Shown in pieces: positions 18,688 through 29,656 of a stretch of 52,107 nt of DNA (positions are counted from its first letter, which is position 1; each line of letters starts with the position of its first letter). The notes below the pieces were generated by a model. The model was not told the DNA's origin. It did not search any database and saw only the letters and a list, made by a program, of their open reading frames with translations. Made by a program: the position numbers and the translations under genes. Source of the stretch: Candidatus Fervidifonticultor quintus (lineage in GTDB: Bacteria > Sysuimicrobiota > Sysuimicrobiia > Sysuimicrobiales > Humicultoraceae); contig JAVKIJ010000011.1 in assembly GCA_031459535.1 (NCBI GenBank), positions 1 through 52,107 on the forward strand. The letters run 5' to 3'.

Positions 18688-19442
18688 GTGCGGCCAGTCC
18701 TGTACGATCTGTTCGGCATTCCGATCTCGGCCTTCGGTGTCTTCCTCCTGCTGGGATTCTTTGCGGCTATTGCCGTCGCCAAGCGCAACGCCCAGGCGCG
18801 GGTGGGCCTCGACCCGAACCAGACGCTGGACCTCTCGCTGTATGCCATTATCGCTGGCATCATCTGCGGCCGGTTCGGCTACATCCTGGCAAATGTCGGG
18901 CAGTTCCTCACCGATCCGGTGAAGATGGTGACCATCTGGCGCGACGGGGGCTTGGTGTTCTACGGCGCGCTGCTCGGCGGGTTGTGGCTGGCGCGGGTGT
19001 TTGCGCAGCGCTGGAACGTCTCCTTTGGCGCGCTGCTGGACGCCTATGCACCCGGCCTCGTGCTCGGGTATGCCATCGCCATGATCGGCGCCCTGCTCCA
19101 CGGCCTCTTTGCCGGCAAGCCCACCGGCGTCCCGTGGGCCATCGACCTCTTCCTCGAGCGCCGGCATCCGACCCAGATCTACATGCTGGTGGCCTCGGCG
19201 GCGGTACTCGGCATCCTCCGCGCGCAGCGCGAGCAGGCGCTGGCCCCGGGGACGGTGTTCGTGCTGGCCGTGTTCCTGCACGGCATCGCGCGGTTCGTGG
19301 CCGACTTCTTCGTTGAGGCGCCGGCGGTCCTGGGACCGCTCACGATGGGCCAGATGGCCAGCGGGACCGCCGTGGTGATCAGTGGCCTCCTGCTCCTCCA
19401 GCTGCAGGGACGCGTGCCCCAGCCGGCGGCAGGGGTGGAGGC

Positions 19443-19446
<4 letters not shown>
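18688..19446 (+). CDS. lgt: Prolipoprotein diacylglyceryl transferase family protein
   Basis: MRPVL start, [27 protein letters not shown]. Confidence 0.8.
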
Positions 19447-20971
<1,525 letters not shown>

Positions 20972-20977
20972 TTCAGT

Positions 20978-22735
20978 TCAGGTTGGCGGCGGCGTGGCCG
21001 GAGCCGGCAGCCCCGGCCTCACTACCAGCGTGCGTTCGTGGGTGTAGGTCACCTGACCGGGCCTGCCACCCCGGATACGGCGGACGAATCTACGGCGGGT
21101 GATGTCCACGGGGATCTTGCCAGCGCCTCGGCCGGCGCTGTAGTACGCCGCGATGGCTGCCGCGCCAGCCAGCACCGAGGGCGGCGGCTGGCTGCGCCCT
21201 CCGGTCACCACCACGTGCGCGCCGGGCAGGCCCCGCGCGTGGAGCCACCAGTCGTCGGGCCCGGCCACGTCGAAGGTCAACCGCTCGTTCTCGCGTGCGC
21301 TCCGACCGACCTGGGCCAGGTAGCCCCCGGGCAGCAGGAAGCGACGGCCCGCGGCGGTCGCGCGCGGCCGCACAGGCGACCGCCGCGGGAGACGCCGCAG
21401 ACCGGCGGCTGCCAGGTCCTGCTCAATCTCCCAGAGATCGTCAGGGTCTTCGGCTTGCGCGATAGCGGTGGCCATGGTCTCCAGGAAGGCGCGCTCGGCT
21501 TCCAGCGCAGCGCGCCGCTGCGGCAGTTTCCTGCGCGCCGCCGCCGCGCGGGCGTAGCGCCTGAAATACGCCTGGGCGTTCTCGACCCCCGAGAGGCCCG
21601 GGTCGAGCGCGATCTGAATGGGCATACCGTCGAATCCCGGGACTTCAAGCGCCGTCTCGCCGGGAGCCACGCGATGCAGGTACGCCAGGATGAGCTCACC
21701 CTGCTCTCGCAGGCGGTCGGCTGCCTCGGCGTGCCCGATATCGCGCGCGACCGCCTCCAGGGCCCGTTCGACCCGACGGGTGGCCGCTGCGACGGTGGTC
21801 AGGAGGCTCTCGCGGAGCGACGCCGAGCGCGCGTCCGCCACGGCCCGTCCGGTGACGGCAGAGACCGCGTCGCTCATGGAGACCGCCTCGGCCTGCAAGC
21901 CGGGGTAGCACCGGAGGGGGAACGCCGCGTAGGCGACGGGGTCGCCCGCGCCGTCCCGATAGAGCACCGGTGAAAACTCGCCCGCAAGGACCGCGCGACC
22001 GATGGTGCGGAGCGCGTCGACGGCGCGGCCGGCGGTGGAGCAGTCGAGCGCCTCGGTGGGATCCGCGCCTGCGCGCAGGCAGGCCTCCCAGGCCAGTGCC
22101 GGTCCGATGCCGCCCGTGGCCTCGAGCACCGCCTTCCACGCTGGCCGTGGGACCGTGCCCGGCTCGGCACCGGGCCGCCTGGGCGGCGCGAGAAGGTCTT
22201 CGGCGGCAACCGTCGTGGGATCGGTCCTGGGCCGAGCGGGCGGCAGGTAGGGACGCCCGGGGAGGACTTCGCGTCCTCTGGCCCGATCCAGCCCCACGGG
22301 TTTCAGCGCACCGACAATCACGCCGCGGGCGCACAGGATCAGGTTGGCATGCCGGCCCATGAGCTCGACGGCCAGGTCGTACGGACCGTCCAGCGCGTCC
22401 ACCGCCAGCATGGCCAGGCGCTCGAAGGCCGGGGCCCCAAGCGCGCGCACCACCCCGCCTTCCAGGCGGCTGCGCAGCAGCTGCACGAAGGCGGTCGCTT
22501 CCTCCACCGGTGCCTCCCCTTCCAGATGGAGGCGCGGCCACCGCGGGTCCGCCGACAGCAGCAGGGTGCGCCCGCGGCCTTGCGACCGCAAGGCCACCGC
22601 CACATCGTGCGGGCCTGCCTGATAGACGCGCTGGATCCTGGCGCCGACCAGCCCCTGGCACTCGGCGAGCACCGCGGACAGGATGATGCTGTCGAACGAC
22701 GCAGGTGGCGTCAGGCCAGGTGCAGCGGGGCTCAT
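20978..22735 (-). CDS. rqcH: Ribosome quality control NFACT protein RqcH/Rqc2
   Basis: FD..IL.A, ELMGRHANLIL, ENAQAYF..Y, VGRSARENE.LT, WLHARGLPGAHVV, AAYYS. Confidence 0.9.
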   Translation of the reverse strand: MSPAAPGLTPPASFDSIILSAVLAECQGLVGARIQRVYQAGPHDVAVALRSQGRGRTLLLSADPRWPRLHLEGEAPVEEATAFVQLLRSRLEGGVVRALGAPAFERLAMLAVDALDGPYDLAVELMGRHANLILCARGVIVGALKPVGLDRARGREVLPGRPYLPPARPRTDPTTVAAEDLLAPPRRPGAEPGTVPRPAWKAVLEATGGIGPALAWEACLRAGADPTEALDCSTAGRAVDALRTIGRAVLAGEFSPVLYRDGAGDPVAYAAFPLRCYPGLQAEAVSMSDAVSAVTGRAVADARSASLRESLLTTVAAATRRVERALEAVARDIGHAEAADRLREQGELILAYLHRVAPGETALEVPGFDGMPIQIALDPGLSGVENAQAYFRRYARAAAARRKLPQRRAALEAERAFLETMATAIAQAEDPDDLWEIEQDLAAAGLRRLPRRSPVRPRATAAGRRFLLPGGYLAQVGRSARENERLTFDVAGPDDWWLHARGLPGAHVVVTGGRSQPPPSVLAGAAAIAAYYSAGRGAGKIPVDITRRRFVRRIRGGRPGQVTYTHERTLVVRPGLPAPATPPPT

Positions 22736-22801
22736 GCCGGTGCCACGATACGACACCTGCGCAACCCGTGGCAAGGGTGCGGTGGTCTGCCATTGGCGGG
22801 C

Positions 22802-22827
22802 AGGAACGCTGTTCGGCCGGGCCGAAC
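22802..22827 (+). promoter_or_regulatory. Putative sigma-H-like promoter (near-leaderless yicC-remA)
   Basis: AGGAACG-N12-GCCGAAC, 9 nt before GTG 22837. Confidence 0.55.
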
Positions 22828-22836
22828 ACAAGCGCC

Positions 22837-23718
22837 GTGATCCGCAGCATGACCGGGTTCGGCACGGCCACCGCAGACGTGCCTGGTGGGCGGCTCGCGG
22901 TGGAGGTCCGGTCCGTCAACCACCGGTACAGTGAGATTCAGATCCGGATGCCGCGCGAGCTCGCCGGCCTTGAAGACCGGGCCCGCGCCCTGGTGGCGGA
23001 GCGCGTACGCCGGGGCCGCGTCGAGGTCATCGTGACCCGGGAGGAGGGCGCGCGACGTGCCAGGACCGTTCGCGCCGACGTGGAGCTCGCCGCGGGATAT
23101 GCGCGCGCGCTGCGCGCGCTGGCCAGCGAGATTGGTGTGCCCGATCAGGTGACCCTGGCCCAGATCGCCTCGCTGCCGGATGTCCTGCGCGTCGAGGAGG
23201 AGCGCGCGGATGCCGAAGCGTTGTGGACGGCAGTCGAGGCCGCGATCCGCGCGGCAGCCGACGGCCTGGTGGCGATGCGGGTTTCCGAAGGAGCGCGTCT
23301 GGCAGATGATCTGGCCGGTAGGGTCGGGAGGCTGGAAGTGATGGTAGATGCCGTGGCACGCCGCGCCCCGGAGGTGGTGCGGGCATATGCCGAGCGGCTG
23401 CGGGCCCGGGTAACCGAGCTGCTGGCACAGGCCCCCGTCGACGAGGCCCGAATCGCGAATGAGGTCGCCCTCTTCGCGGAACGCAGCGACATCGCCGAGG
23501 AGCTCACCCGGTTGCGCAGCCACCTGGCCCAGTTCCGCCAGACGCTCACCGAGGACGGCGGTGCCGCGGGCCGGAAGCTAGAGTTCCTCCTCCAGGAGAT
23601 GTCCCGTGAGACCAACACCGTCGGCTCCAAAGCCAACGATCTGGAGATTACCCGAATGATCATTGCGATGAAAGGCGAACTGGAGAGCATGCGGGAGCAG
23701 GTACAAAACGTCGAGTAG
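22837..23718 (+). CDS. yicC: YicC/YloC family endoribonuclease
   Basis: [56 protein letters not shown]. Confidence 0.95.
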   Translation: MIRSMTGFGTATADVPGGRLAVEVRSVNHRYSEIQIRMPRELAGLEDRARALVAERVRRGRVEVIVTREEGARRARTVRADVELAAGYARALRALASEIGVPDQVTLAQIASLPDVLRVEEERADAEALWTAVEAAIRAAADGLVAMRVSEGARLADDLAGRVGRLEVMVDAVARRAPEVVRAYAERLRARVTELLAQAPVDEARIANEVALFAERSDIAEELTRLRSHLAQFRQTLTEDGGAAGRKLEFLLQEMSRETNTVGSKANDLEITRMIIAMKGELESMREQVQNVE

Positions 23719-23735
23719 GCAGGCGGTCGACCCTG

Positions 23736-24002
23736 ATGGAAACCCGGCTTATCAGCATCGGTCACGGCAATATCCTGGCGGCCAACCGGATCGTCGCCAT
23801 CATCAGCCCCGATTCAGCGCCCGTGAAGCGCATCGTACAGGAAGCGCGCGAGCGGGGCACGCTCATCGATGCCACGTACGGTCGCCGGACCCGCGCCGTC
23901 GTCATTACCGACAGCGGCCACGTGGTGCTGTCGGCCGTCCAGCCGGAGACGCTCGCCCATCGCTACGACTCGAGGGGGGCCGCCGACGAAGCCACCGAGT
24001 AA
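23736..24002 (+). CDS. remA: RemA (DUF370) regulator
   Basis: ISIGHGN...[42 protein letters not shown]. Confidence 0.93.
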   Translation: METRLISIGHGNILAANRIVAIISPDSAPVKRIVQEARERGTLIDATYGRRTRAVVITDSGHVVLSAVQPETLAHRYDSRGAADEATE

Positions 24003-24015
24003 TGCTCCGCCCCGC

Positions 24016-24552
24016 GTGGTGGTCGCCATCGGCGGCCCGATCGGAGTCGGCAAGAGCACGGTGGCGCAGGGCCTGGCAGCTCGGCTGGGCATCCCGTGCG
24101 TGTCCGCGGGGGGCGTCTTTCGCGAGCTGGCCCGGCGGCGCGGCGTCTCCGTGGTCGAACTCAACCGGCTCGCCGAAGATGACCCCACCATCGACCGCGA
24201 TCTGGACCGGCTGCAGGGCGAACTGGCACGAGGCGGCCCCTGCGTGGTGGAGTCCCGGCTGTCGGGCTGGATGGTGGACGCCGATCTCAAGGTCTGGCTG
24301 GACGCGCCGCTAGAGATCCGTGCGGCGCGCGTCAGCGGCCGCGACCGGGAGAATCCCGACGAGGCCAGGCGCCAGTTGCAGGTGCGCGAGCGCAGTGAAT
24401 GGTCGCGCTACAGGGCGCTGTACGGCATCGAGTTCTCCGACCGGTCACCGTATCACCTGATCATCGACACGAGCCGCTGGGCCCCCGAGGTCATCGTCGA
24501 CGTCCTCGAGCGCTGTGTGCGGGGGCTTCGTCCTGCCTCGGAGGCCCGCTGA
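24016..24552 (+). CDS. cmk: Cytidylate kinase, archaeal-type
   Basis: IGGPIGVGKST, SAG.VFRELA, ID..LD, VVESRLSGW, LKVWL.APL..RA.R, RY..LYGI. Confidence 0.8.
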   Translation: MVVAIGGPIGVGKSTVAQGLAARLGIPCVSAGGVFRELARRRGVSVVELNRLAEDDPTIDRDLDRLQGELARGGPCVVESRLSGWMVDADLKVWLDAPLEIRAARVSGRDRENPDEARRQLQVRERSEWSRYRALYGIEFSDRSPYHLIIDTSRWAPEVIVDVLERCVRGLRPASEAR

Positions 24553-24588
24553 TTTCCCTCGGCCATTGGGAGGCCCGCCCGCCCGTCG

Positions 24589-26715
24589 GTGATCTCTCCT
24601 TCCCGTTCGATGATCGTCGCGCTGGACTTACCCCTGCGGGCTGGCGACGTGGCGTTCACGTTCGCGCCCGGCGCCGCCGCCGCGGCGACGCGCGGGGCGG
24701 GCGTGATCGTGCCCTTCGGCCGGCGGCTCGTGCCCGGCGTCGTGCTCGGCGAGGGCGACGCCCGCCCGGGCCTGCGGCCTGTCCTGGCCATGGTGGAGCC
24801 ATCTTTGCCGATCCCGGCGGCCACCGTGGATCTGGCGGAGTGGGTAGCCGGCACGTATGTGTCGTCGGTGGGTGAAGCCCTGAGCGTGGCGACGCCCTGG
24901 GACGCGCTGTGGCGCGGCCTGAGGCTCGGGGCGCACAGCGCGGGGACGGGGGTGCTGTCCGGCCCGGCGGCCCGGATCGTGGAGGCACTCCGCCAGAGAC
25001 CGCGTTCGCTGCGGCACGCCGGCCCGCTGGTGATGGAATTCCCCGGGGTGCTGGACGAGCTGGCGGAGTCCGGTCTGCTCAAGGCCGTTCGGGCCAGTGC
25101 TCCGTCGCCGGCGCGGGGCGGGCGCGCCGGCGATGCCGCCCCGGAGGGTGAACGCCAGCAGCCGGACGGAGCGGCCTCAGTGCTGGACCGATCAACTCGC
25201 GCCGCCGGGCGGCTGGCGGACGCGGTGCGCGATGGGATGCGAGGCGGCCCGCGCGCCCTGCTCGTGGTCGGTTGGCCGCGGCTACCTGCCTACCTGGCCG
25301 CGCTCGCCGCGGGGCTTTCCGCCGGCTGCTCGTGCGTGGTACTGTTTCCGGCCACGGAAGCGGCGACAACCTTTGCGGCTTCGGCGTCGCGGGCCGGGTT
25401 CCATCCCGTGCTCCTCCACGGGGGCCTGCCGCCATCAACACGCGTGGCCGCGTGGCAATCCCTGGTCGGCGCGCGGGGCGCGCTGGTGGTCGGCACGCGG
25501 GCGGCGATCTTCGCGCCGGTACTCGATCCCGTCCTGGCCATCGTGGACGAAGAGGATCACAGTGGCCACAAAGAGGAGCGCTCGCCCCGTTTTCTCACCG
25601 CGGTTGTGGCGGAGCAGCGGACCCGCCAGGCCGGTGTGTTGGTCATCGGCGCTACGACCCCCACCGTGGCCGCGTATGGCCGCGTGCAGGCCGGGCAGTT
25701 CGCGCTGGTGCCGCTGCCTTCCCCCCGGTGCCGGATCGGCGTCGTGGATCTGCGGCGTCGGGCCGATCCTGATGCACCGGTGAGTCGGCCGGTGCTCGAC
25801 GCCGTCCGGCGCACGGTGCGCGCAGGCGGCCGGGCGTTGCTGCTCGCCGACCGCCGAGGCTATGCGGGTGGGTTGCACTGCGCGGAGTGTGGCGCTGTCG
25901 AGCGGTGTCGAGACTGCGGCCCGGCCATGGCCTACGACCGCGGCGGCCGCCGCCTGATCTGCCGCCTGTGCGGCCGCGTCGCCCCTGCACCGGCCGTGTG
26001 TTCTGTCTGCCGCGGGGCGCGGCTCCACGCCCTGGGTGCGGGCACCGAGCGGGTGGCAGCAGCCCTGCGCCGGGTCGTCCCGCGGGTGTGGCGGCTCGAC
26101 GCGGATGCCATTCCCCCGGGCGGGGGGCCCCAGGCCGTTCTCACGCCGGTCCGGGAAGGGGGCGGCGCGTTGGTGGCCACGACATTGGTGCTCCCGTACC
26201 TGGAGGGGCTGCGGCCAGACTTGGTGGCGATGGTGGCTGCGGACCGCTGGCTGCACCGTCCGGAGTTTCGCTCGGCCGAGCGCGCACTGGCCCTGCTGCG
26301 CACCCTGGGGCTGCTGACCGGTGCCCTGGTACTGGTGGAGACCGCAGATCCCCATCACCCGGTGGTCCGGGCCGCCCCGGGTTCGAACCTGAGGTCGTTC
26401 TACGCGGACGAGCTGCGGGTCAGGCGCGCGCTGGGCTATCCGCCCTACCGCGCGCTGGCCGTCGTCGAGGTGGCAGCGCGCTCCGTCCAGATCGCCGCTC
26501 GTCTCGCCGCTCGTCTCGCCGCCTTAGCGACAGGCGAGAGCGAGGTGCTGGGCCCCATCTGGCTGCGCGCGCGGGGCCCTCTTGTCAGGTGTCGGGTCGT
26601 GATCAAGGCGGCCGGCCGCGAGATGTTCGCCCCGATGCTCGCCCCCCTCATGATGGATCGGGGTATGCCATCCTCTGCGCGGATGACCGTGGACGTGGAT
26701 CCGATAGAGCTGTAG
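24589..26715 (+). CDS. priA: Primosomal protein N' (PriA), degenerate helicase motifs
   Basis: N-terminal VPFG, VVGTRAAIFAP, DEEDH, four CxxC pairs, GAGTER, GYPPY; no GKT Walker A. Confidence 0.88.
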   Translation: MISPSRSMIVALDLPLRAGDVAFTFAPGAAAAATRGAGVIVPFGRRLVPGVVLGEGDARPGLRPVLAMVEPSLPIPAATVDLAEWVAGTYVSSVGEALSVATPWDALWRGLRLGAHSAGTGVLSGPAARIVEALRQRPRSLRHAGPLVMEFPGVLDELAESGLLKAVRASAPSPARGGRAGDAAPEGERQQPDGAASVLDRSTRAAGRLADAVRDGMRGGPRALLVVGWPRLPAYLAALAAGLSAGCSCVVLFPATEAATTFAASASRAGFHPVLLHGGLPPSTRVAAWQSLVGARGALVVGTRAAIFAPVLDPVLAIVDEEDHSGHKEERSPRFLTAVVAEQRTRQAGVLVIGATTPTVAAYGRVQAGQFALVPLPSPRCRIGVVDLRRRADPDAPVSRPVLDAVRRTVRAGGRALLLADRRGYAGGLHCAECGAVERCRDCGPAMAYDRGGRRLICRLCGRVAPAPAVCSVCRGARLHALGAGTERVAAALRRVVPRVWRLDADAIPPGGGPQAVLTPVREGGGALVATTLVLPYLEGLRPDLVAMVAADRWLHRPEFRSAERALALLRTLGLLTGALVLVETADPHHPVVRAAPGSNLRSFYADELRVRRALGYPPYRALAVVEVAARSVQIAARLAARLAALATGESEVLGPIWLRARGPLVRCRVVIKAAGREMFAPMLAPLMMDRGMPSSARMTVDVDPIEL

Positions 26716-26724
26716 CGCTGCCGT

Positions 26725-27057
26725 TCAGGCCTTCAGGACGAGATAGACGATGACCCTGGCCGCTGCGCCCTGGGGGAGGGTGCCTGCAATCCGCAGCCAG
26801 CCTCCGAAGTGGCGCACCCGGCAGTAGGTGAGACCCGGGGCCGGGGCAACGGCTACCGCTGTCCCTTCATCGCACCAGGCCATGCCGTCGGGTGAGATCT
26901 GTACGCGTCCCTCGGCGGGCGCATCCAGCCCCCGGCTCTCGAGCGTTCGCACGAACACGATAGCCTGGGATGCCCAACCCGTCTCGTACGGCTCGGTGGC
27001 AAAACTGCCCGTCCACCAGACGTCGCGTTCGACTACCGCCGTGTGGCTGGTCCGCAT
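26725..27057 (-). CDS. Small beta-rich protein of unknown function (resembles DUF6385 by recall)
   Basis: MRTSHTAVVERD...FATEPYE.GWA...QISPDG..WCDEG...HFGGWLR; ATG 4 nt after upstream gene stop. Confidence 0.7.
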   Translation of the reverse strand: MRTSHTAVVERDVWWTGSFATEPYETGWASQAIVFVRTLESRGLDAPAEGRVQISPDGMAWCDEGTAVAVAPAPGLTYCRVRHFGGWLRIAGTLPQGAAARVIVYLVLKA

Positions 27058-27061
27058 GATC

Positions 27062-27925
27062 CTAGTCGGCCGACAGCAGTACCGAATCCACGTAGAGGAA
27101 TGCGCGCCGGTCCACGTCGGTTTCAACCCACATGAACGTATTCAGCATGCACCACAGATTGGGCATGGCGTCCATCACCATGGGCGCCAGAGCGGCCGCA
27201 TCGAACGTGCGGTCGTTGCAGGCGAACTCGGTGAACGCCATGCGGTCCAGGTCGAAGCCGATGCGGACGTAGTGCCAGTTCTGTTTGGTGGTGATTTCGT
27301 TGTGGCACAGGCGTTGCGCGCCGTCGGGAACATCTTCCCAGCCCTGCGGCGCCAGATGGAAGTGCGACCGGGTCAGACCACTGGGGCCCACCTGGTGCAT
27401 GGGCGCCCGCACCCGCTTGAACTGCCATCGCTGTTCCAATCGGCCACCTGTGGCGTTCAGGTAGCGCAGATGAGGCAGTACGCGCCGGGCGCTCGGTCGG
27501 CGGTCGCCATCCTGCAGGTCGAGGCCGAAGCCGACCGCCCGGACATCGGTCGCCGACGGCTCCATGGTGGCGGCCTCGGGCTTGAAGGTGAAGCACGCCT
27601 CCAGCCGTATCCGGCCGGGCCGGCGCCAGGTCAGCCGCTTCACCGCCACACCCAGGCTCCCGGCCTGGGGCCGCGTGGCCAGTTTGAGGACGTACGTCCC
27701 GTCCCAGCCACCGGAACTGCCGATGTCCCAGACCGTGGCCGTGCTGAGCATGGGTGGCCGCAGGTCGCGGAACTCGGGCAGCACGGCCTCGAGGGAGCCC
27801 TCGTAGTTGCCAATCAGGGCGCCAAACCCGCAGAAGCCCAGGTCGAAGTCCGCGTGGTACAGAATGCGGGGAAGGGGGTCGAACCGGCTGGGCGCTTCGC
27901 ACCGGTCGGACGGATTCGGACCCAT
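27062..27925 (-). CDS. Conserved-looking protein of unknown function (resembles DUF6772 by recall)
   Basis: RFDPLPRIL..DFD.G, RPPMLS..T.WD.GS.G..DGTY.LKLATRP, NE..TK.NWHY, FLYVDSVLLS. Confidence 0.75.
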   Translation of the reverse strand: MGPNPSDRCEAPSRFDPLPRILYHADFDLGFCGFGALIGNYEGSLEAVLPEFRDLRPPMLSTATVWDIGSSGGWDGTYVLKLATRPQAGSLGVAVKRLTWRRPGRIRLEACFTFKPEAATMEPSATDVRAVGFGLDLQDGDRRPSARRVLPHLRYLNATGGRLEQRWQFKRVRAPMHQVGPSGLTRSHFHLAPQGWEDVPDGAQRLCHNEITTKQNWHYVRIGFDLDRMAFTEFACNDRTFDAAALAPMVMDAMPNLWCMLNTFMWVETDVDRRAFLYVDSVLLSAD

Positions 27926-27976
27926 GTTTACCCATGGCCTTCGGGACTCCTGCGCCCAAACCCTCTCCCGGCACAC

Positions 27977-28001
27977 AGGCAACGTGCCGCAGGCGGCGAA
28001 C
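27977..28001 (+). promoter_or_regulatory. Putative sigma-H-like promoter of the island plus-strand operon
   Basis: AGGCAAC-N11-GGCGAAC. Confidence 0.5.
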
Positions 28002-28167
28002 CGTATGGGGAGGTATCCCGGTTGGCGTGCCGGAGGATCATGGCATGGGGCGGTTGCCGGAGCAGGTGCGCAGAGGGCGCTTCGGGATGCACCTCGACAT
28101 GACCCACTGGGCGAGCCAGGTCAGGGGTGGTGGCCGTGGACTCCACCTGGACCCTAGAGGGGCGGTG

Positions 28168-29625
28168 ATGACCGCCCCCGACCCCGTGGGATGGCGCACT
28201 ATCGCGTCGCGCGCCGCGCTGGCCGCGGCGCCGTCCTGGCAGACCCAGGTCCTGGTCGTCGGAGGCGGGCCAGCAGGCACCGCTGCCGCAGTGGCTGCGG
28301 CCAGGGGCGGCGCCGAGGTCCTGCTAGTGGAACGCTTCGGGTTTCTCGGCGGGAACCTCACAGCGGCCATGGTGGCGCCCATGATGGGATTCCACGCCGG
28401 CGACCTGCAGATCGTCCGCGGAATTCCCGATGAGGTGGTGGGGGCCATGGTCGCCATGGGCGCCTCACCGGGACACGTCCCGGATCCGGTGGACTTCTGC
28501 CATACGATTACGCCGTTTGACTACGAGGCGCTCAAGCGGGTGCTGCACGAGCGCGTGCTGGGCGCCGGCGTGAGGGTCCTGTTCCACACCCTCCTCGTTG
28601 GCGCCGAAGTGGGGCTGGGACCGGGCAGCACGGTGTGGGTCTGGCAACGTGACGGCTTTCGGAAGATCGAGGCCCGCATCGTGGTGGACGCCAGTGGTGA
28701 CGGCGAGTTCTGCGCGCTGGCCGGGCTCCCATTCGAGGTGGGCCGCCCGGCAGACGGACTGACACAGCCCATGTCCATGCTGTTTCGACTCCTGGGCGTG
28801 AACTGGGACCGGATCATGGATTACCTCGAGGCCCATCCGGACCAGATGCAGCACGAGGCCGCCGCCGGGGGCTGGATCGATCCCGGCCGGGTGCGCCGGC
28901 TGCCCATCCGGGGTTTCAGCGCATTCCAGGCGTTGATGCGTGAGGCCAGGGCGTCGGGCGAGCTCGACATCCCCCGCGACCGGCTCCTGGTGTTCGAAGG
29001 AGTTTCCCCCGGTGAGGCGATTGTCAACAGCACGCGGGTGGCGCGACGCTCTGGCATCGTGGGCCCCCAGCTCTCGGACGCCGAAGTCGAGGCGCGGCGG
29101 CAGGTCTACCAGCTCATGGACTTCCTGCCGCGCCGCGTCCCCGGCTTCGAGAACGCCCGGCTCGTCGGGACGCCCGTGCAGCTCGGCATCCGCGAGACGC
29201 GCCGGGTTGTGGGTGTGGTCATGGTGACCGAAGACGATGCGCTCTGCGGTCGCCGGTTCCCCGATGCGGTGGCGGCCTGCGCGTATCCCATTGACATCCA
29301 CGATCCAGCCACCGGCGGTATGACGTTCAAGCGGTTCGCCCCGGGCGAGTACTTCACGATCCCCTATCGGGCGCTGCTGCCCCGCGGCGCTAGGAATGTC
29401 CTGGTGGCGGGCCGGTGCTTCTCCGGCACCCATGAGGCCCTGGCCTCGGCGCGCATCTCGGCCGTGGCCATGGCCATGGGGCAGGCAGCCGGGACCGCAG
29501 CGGCCATGGCCGCGCGATCCCAGGTGGCTGTCGAGCGCCTCGACCCCGACGACCTGCGCCGACGCCTGACAGCCGACGGCGCGTTCGTCCCGGGGGTGAG
29601 CGATCGAGCCGTCGTGAATCCATAA
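28168..29625 (+). CDS. FAD-dependent oxidoreductase (alternative in-frame start 28045)
   Basis: VVGGGPAG..AA, ER.GFLGG, DASGDG, GIRETRR, YPIDIH, IPYRALLP, LVAGRC.S, MAMGQAAGTAAA. Confidence 0.88.
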   Translation: MTAPDPVGWRTIASRAALAAAPSWQTQVLVVGGGPAGTAAAVAAARGGAEVLLVERFGFLGGNLTAAMVAPMMGFHAGDLQIVRGIPDEVVGAMVAMGASPGHVPDPVDFCHTITPFDYEALKRVLHERVLGAGVRVLFHTLLVGAEVGLGPGSTVWVWQRDGFRKIEARIVVDASGDGEFCALAGLPFEVGRPADGLTQPMSMLFRLLGVNWDRIMDYLEAHPDQMQHEAAAGGWIDPGRVRRLPIRGFSAFQALMREARASGELDIPRDRLLVFEGVSPGEAIVNSTRVARRSGIVGPQLSDAEVEARRQVYQLMDFLPRRVPGFENARLVGTPVQLGIRETRRVVGVVMVTEDDALCGRRFPDAVAACAYPIDIHDPATGGMTFKRFAPGEYFTIPYRALLPRGARNVLVAGRCFSGTHEALASARISAVAMAMGQAAGTAAAMAARSQVAVERLDPDDLRRRLTADGAFVPGVSDRAVVNP

Positions 29626-29656
29626 TCCCGGAGTGCACACGCGAGGAGGTGGAGGA

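Noticed and set aside
26493-26522. 12-bp tandem repeat (cgccgctcgtct) in priA
   Set aside because: In-frame AARL duplication in a helix; too short for an array or contingency locus
28041-28057. sigma-54 promoter TGGCAT...TTGC
   Set aside because: Spacing between the -24 and -12 elements is 2 nt too long
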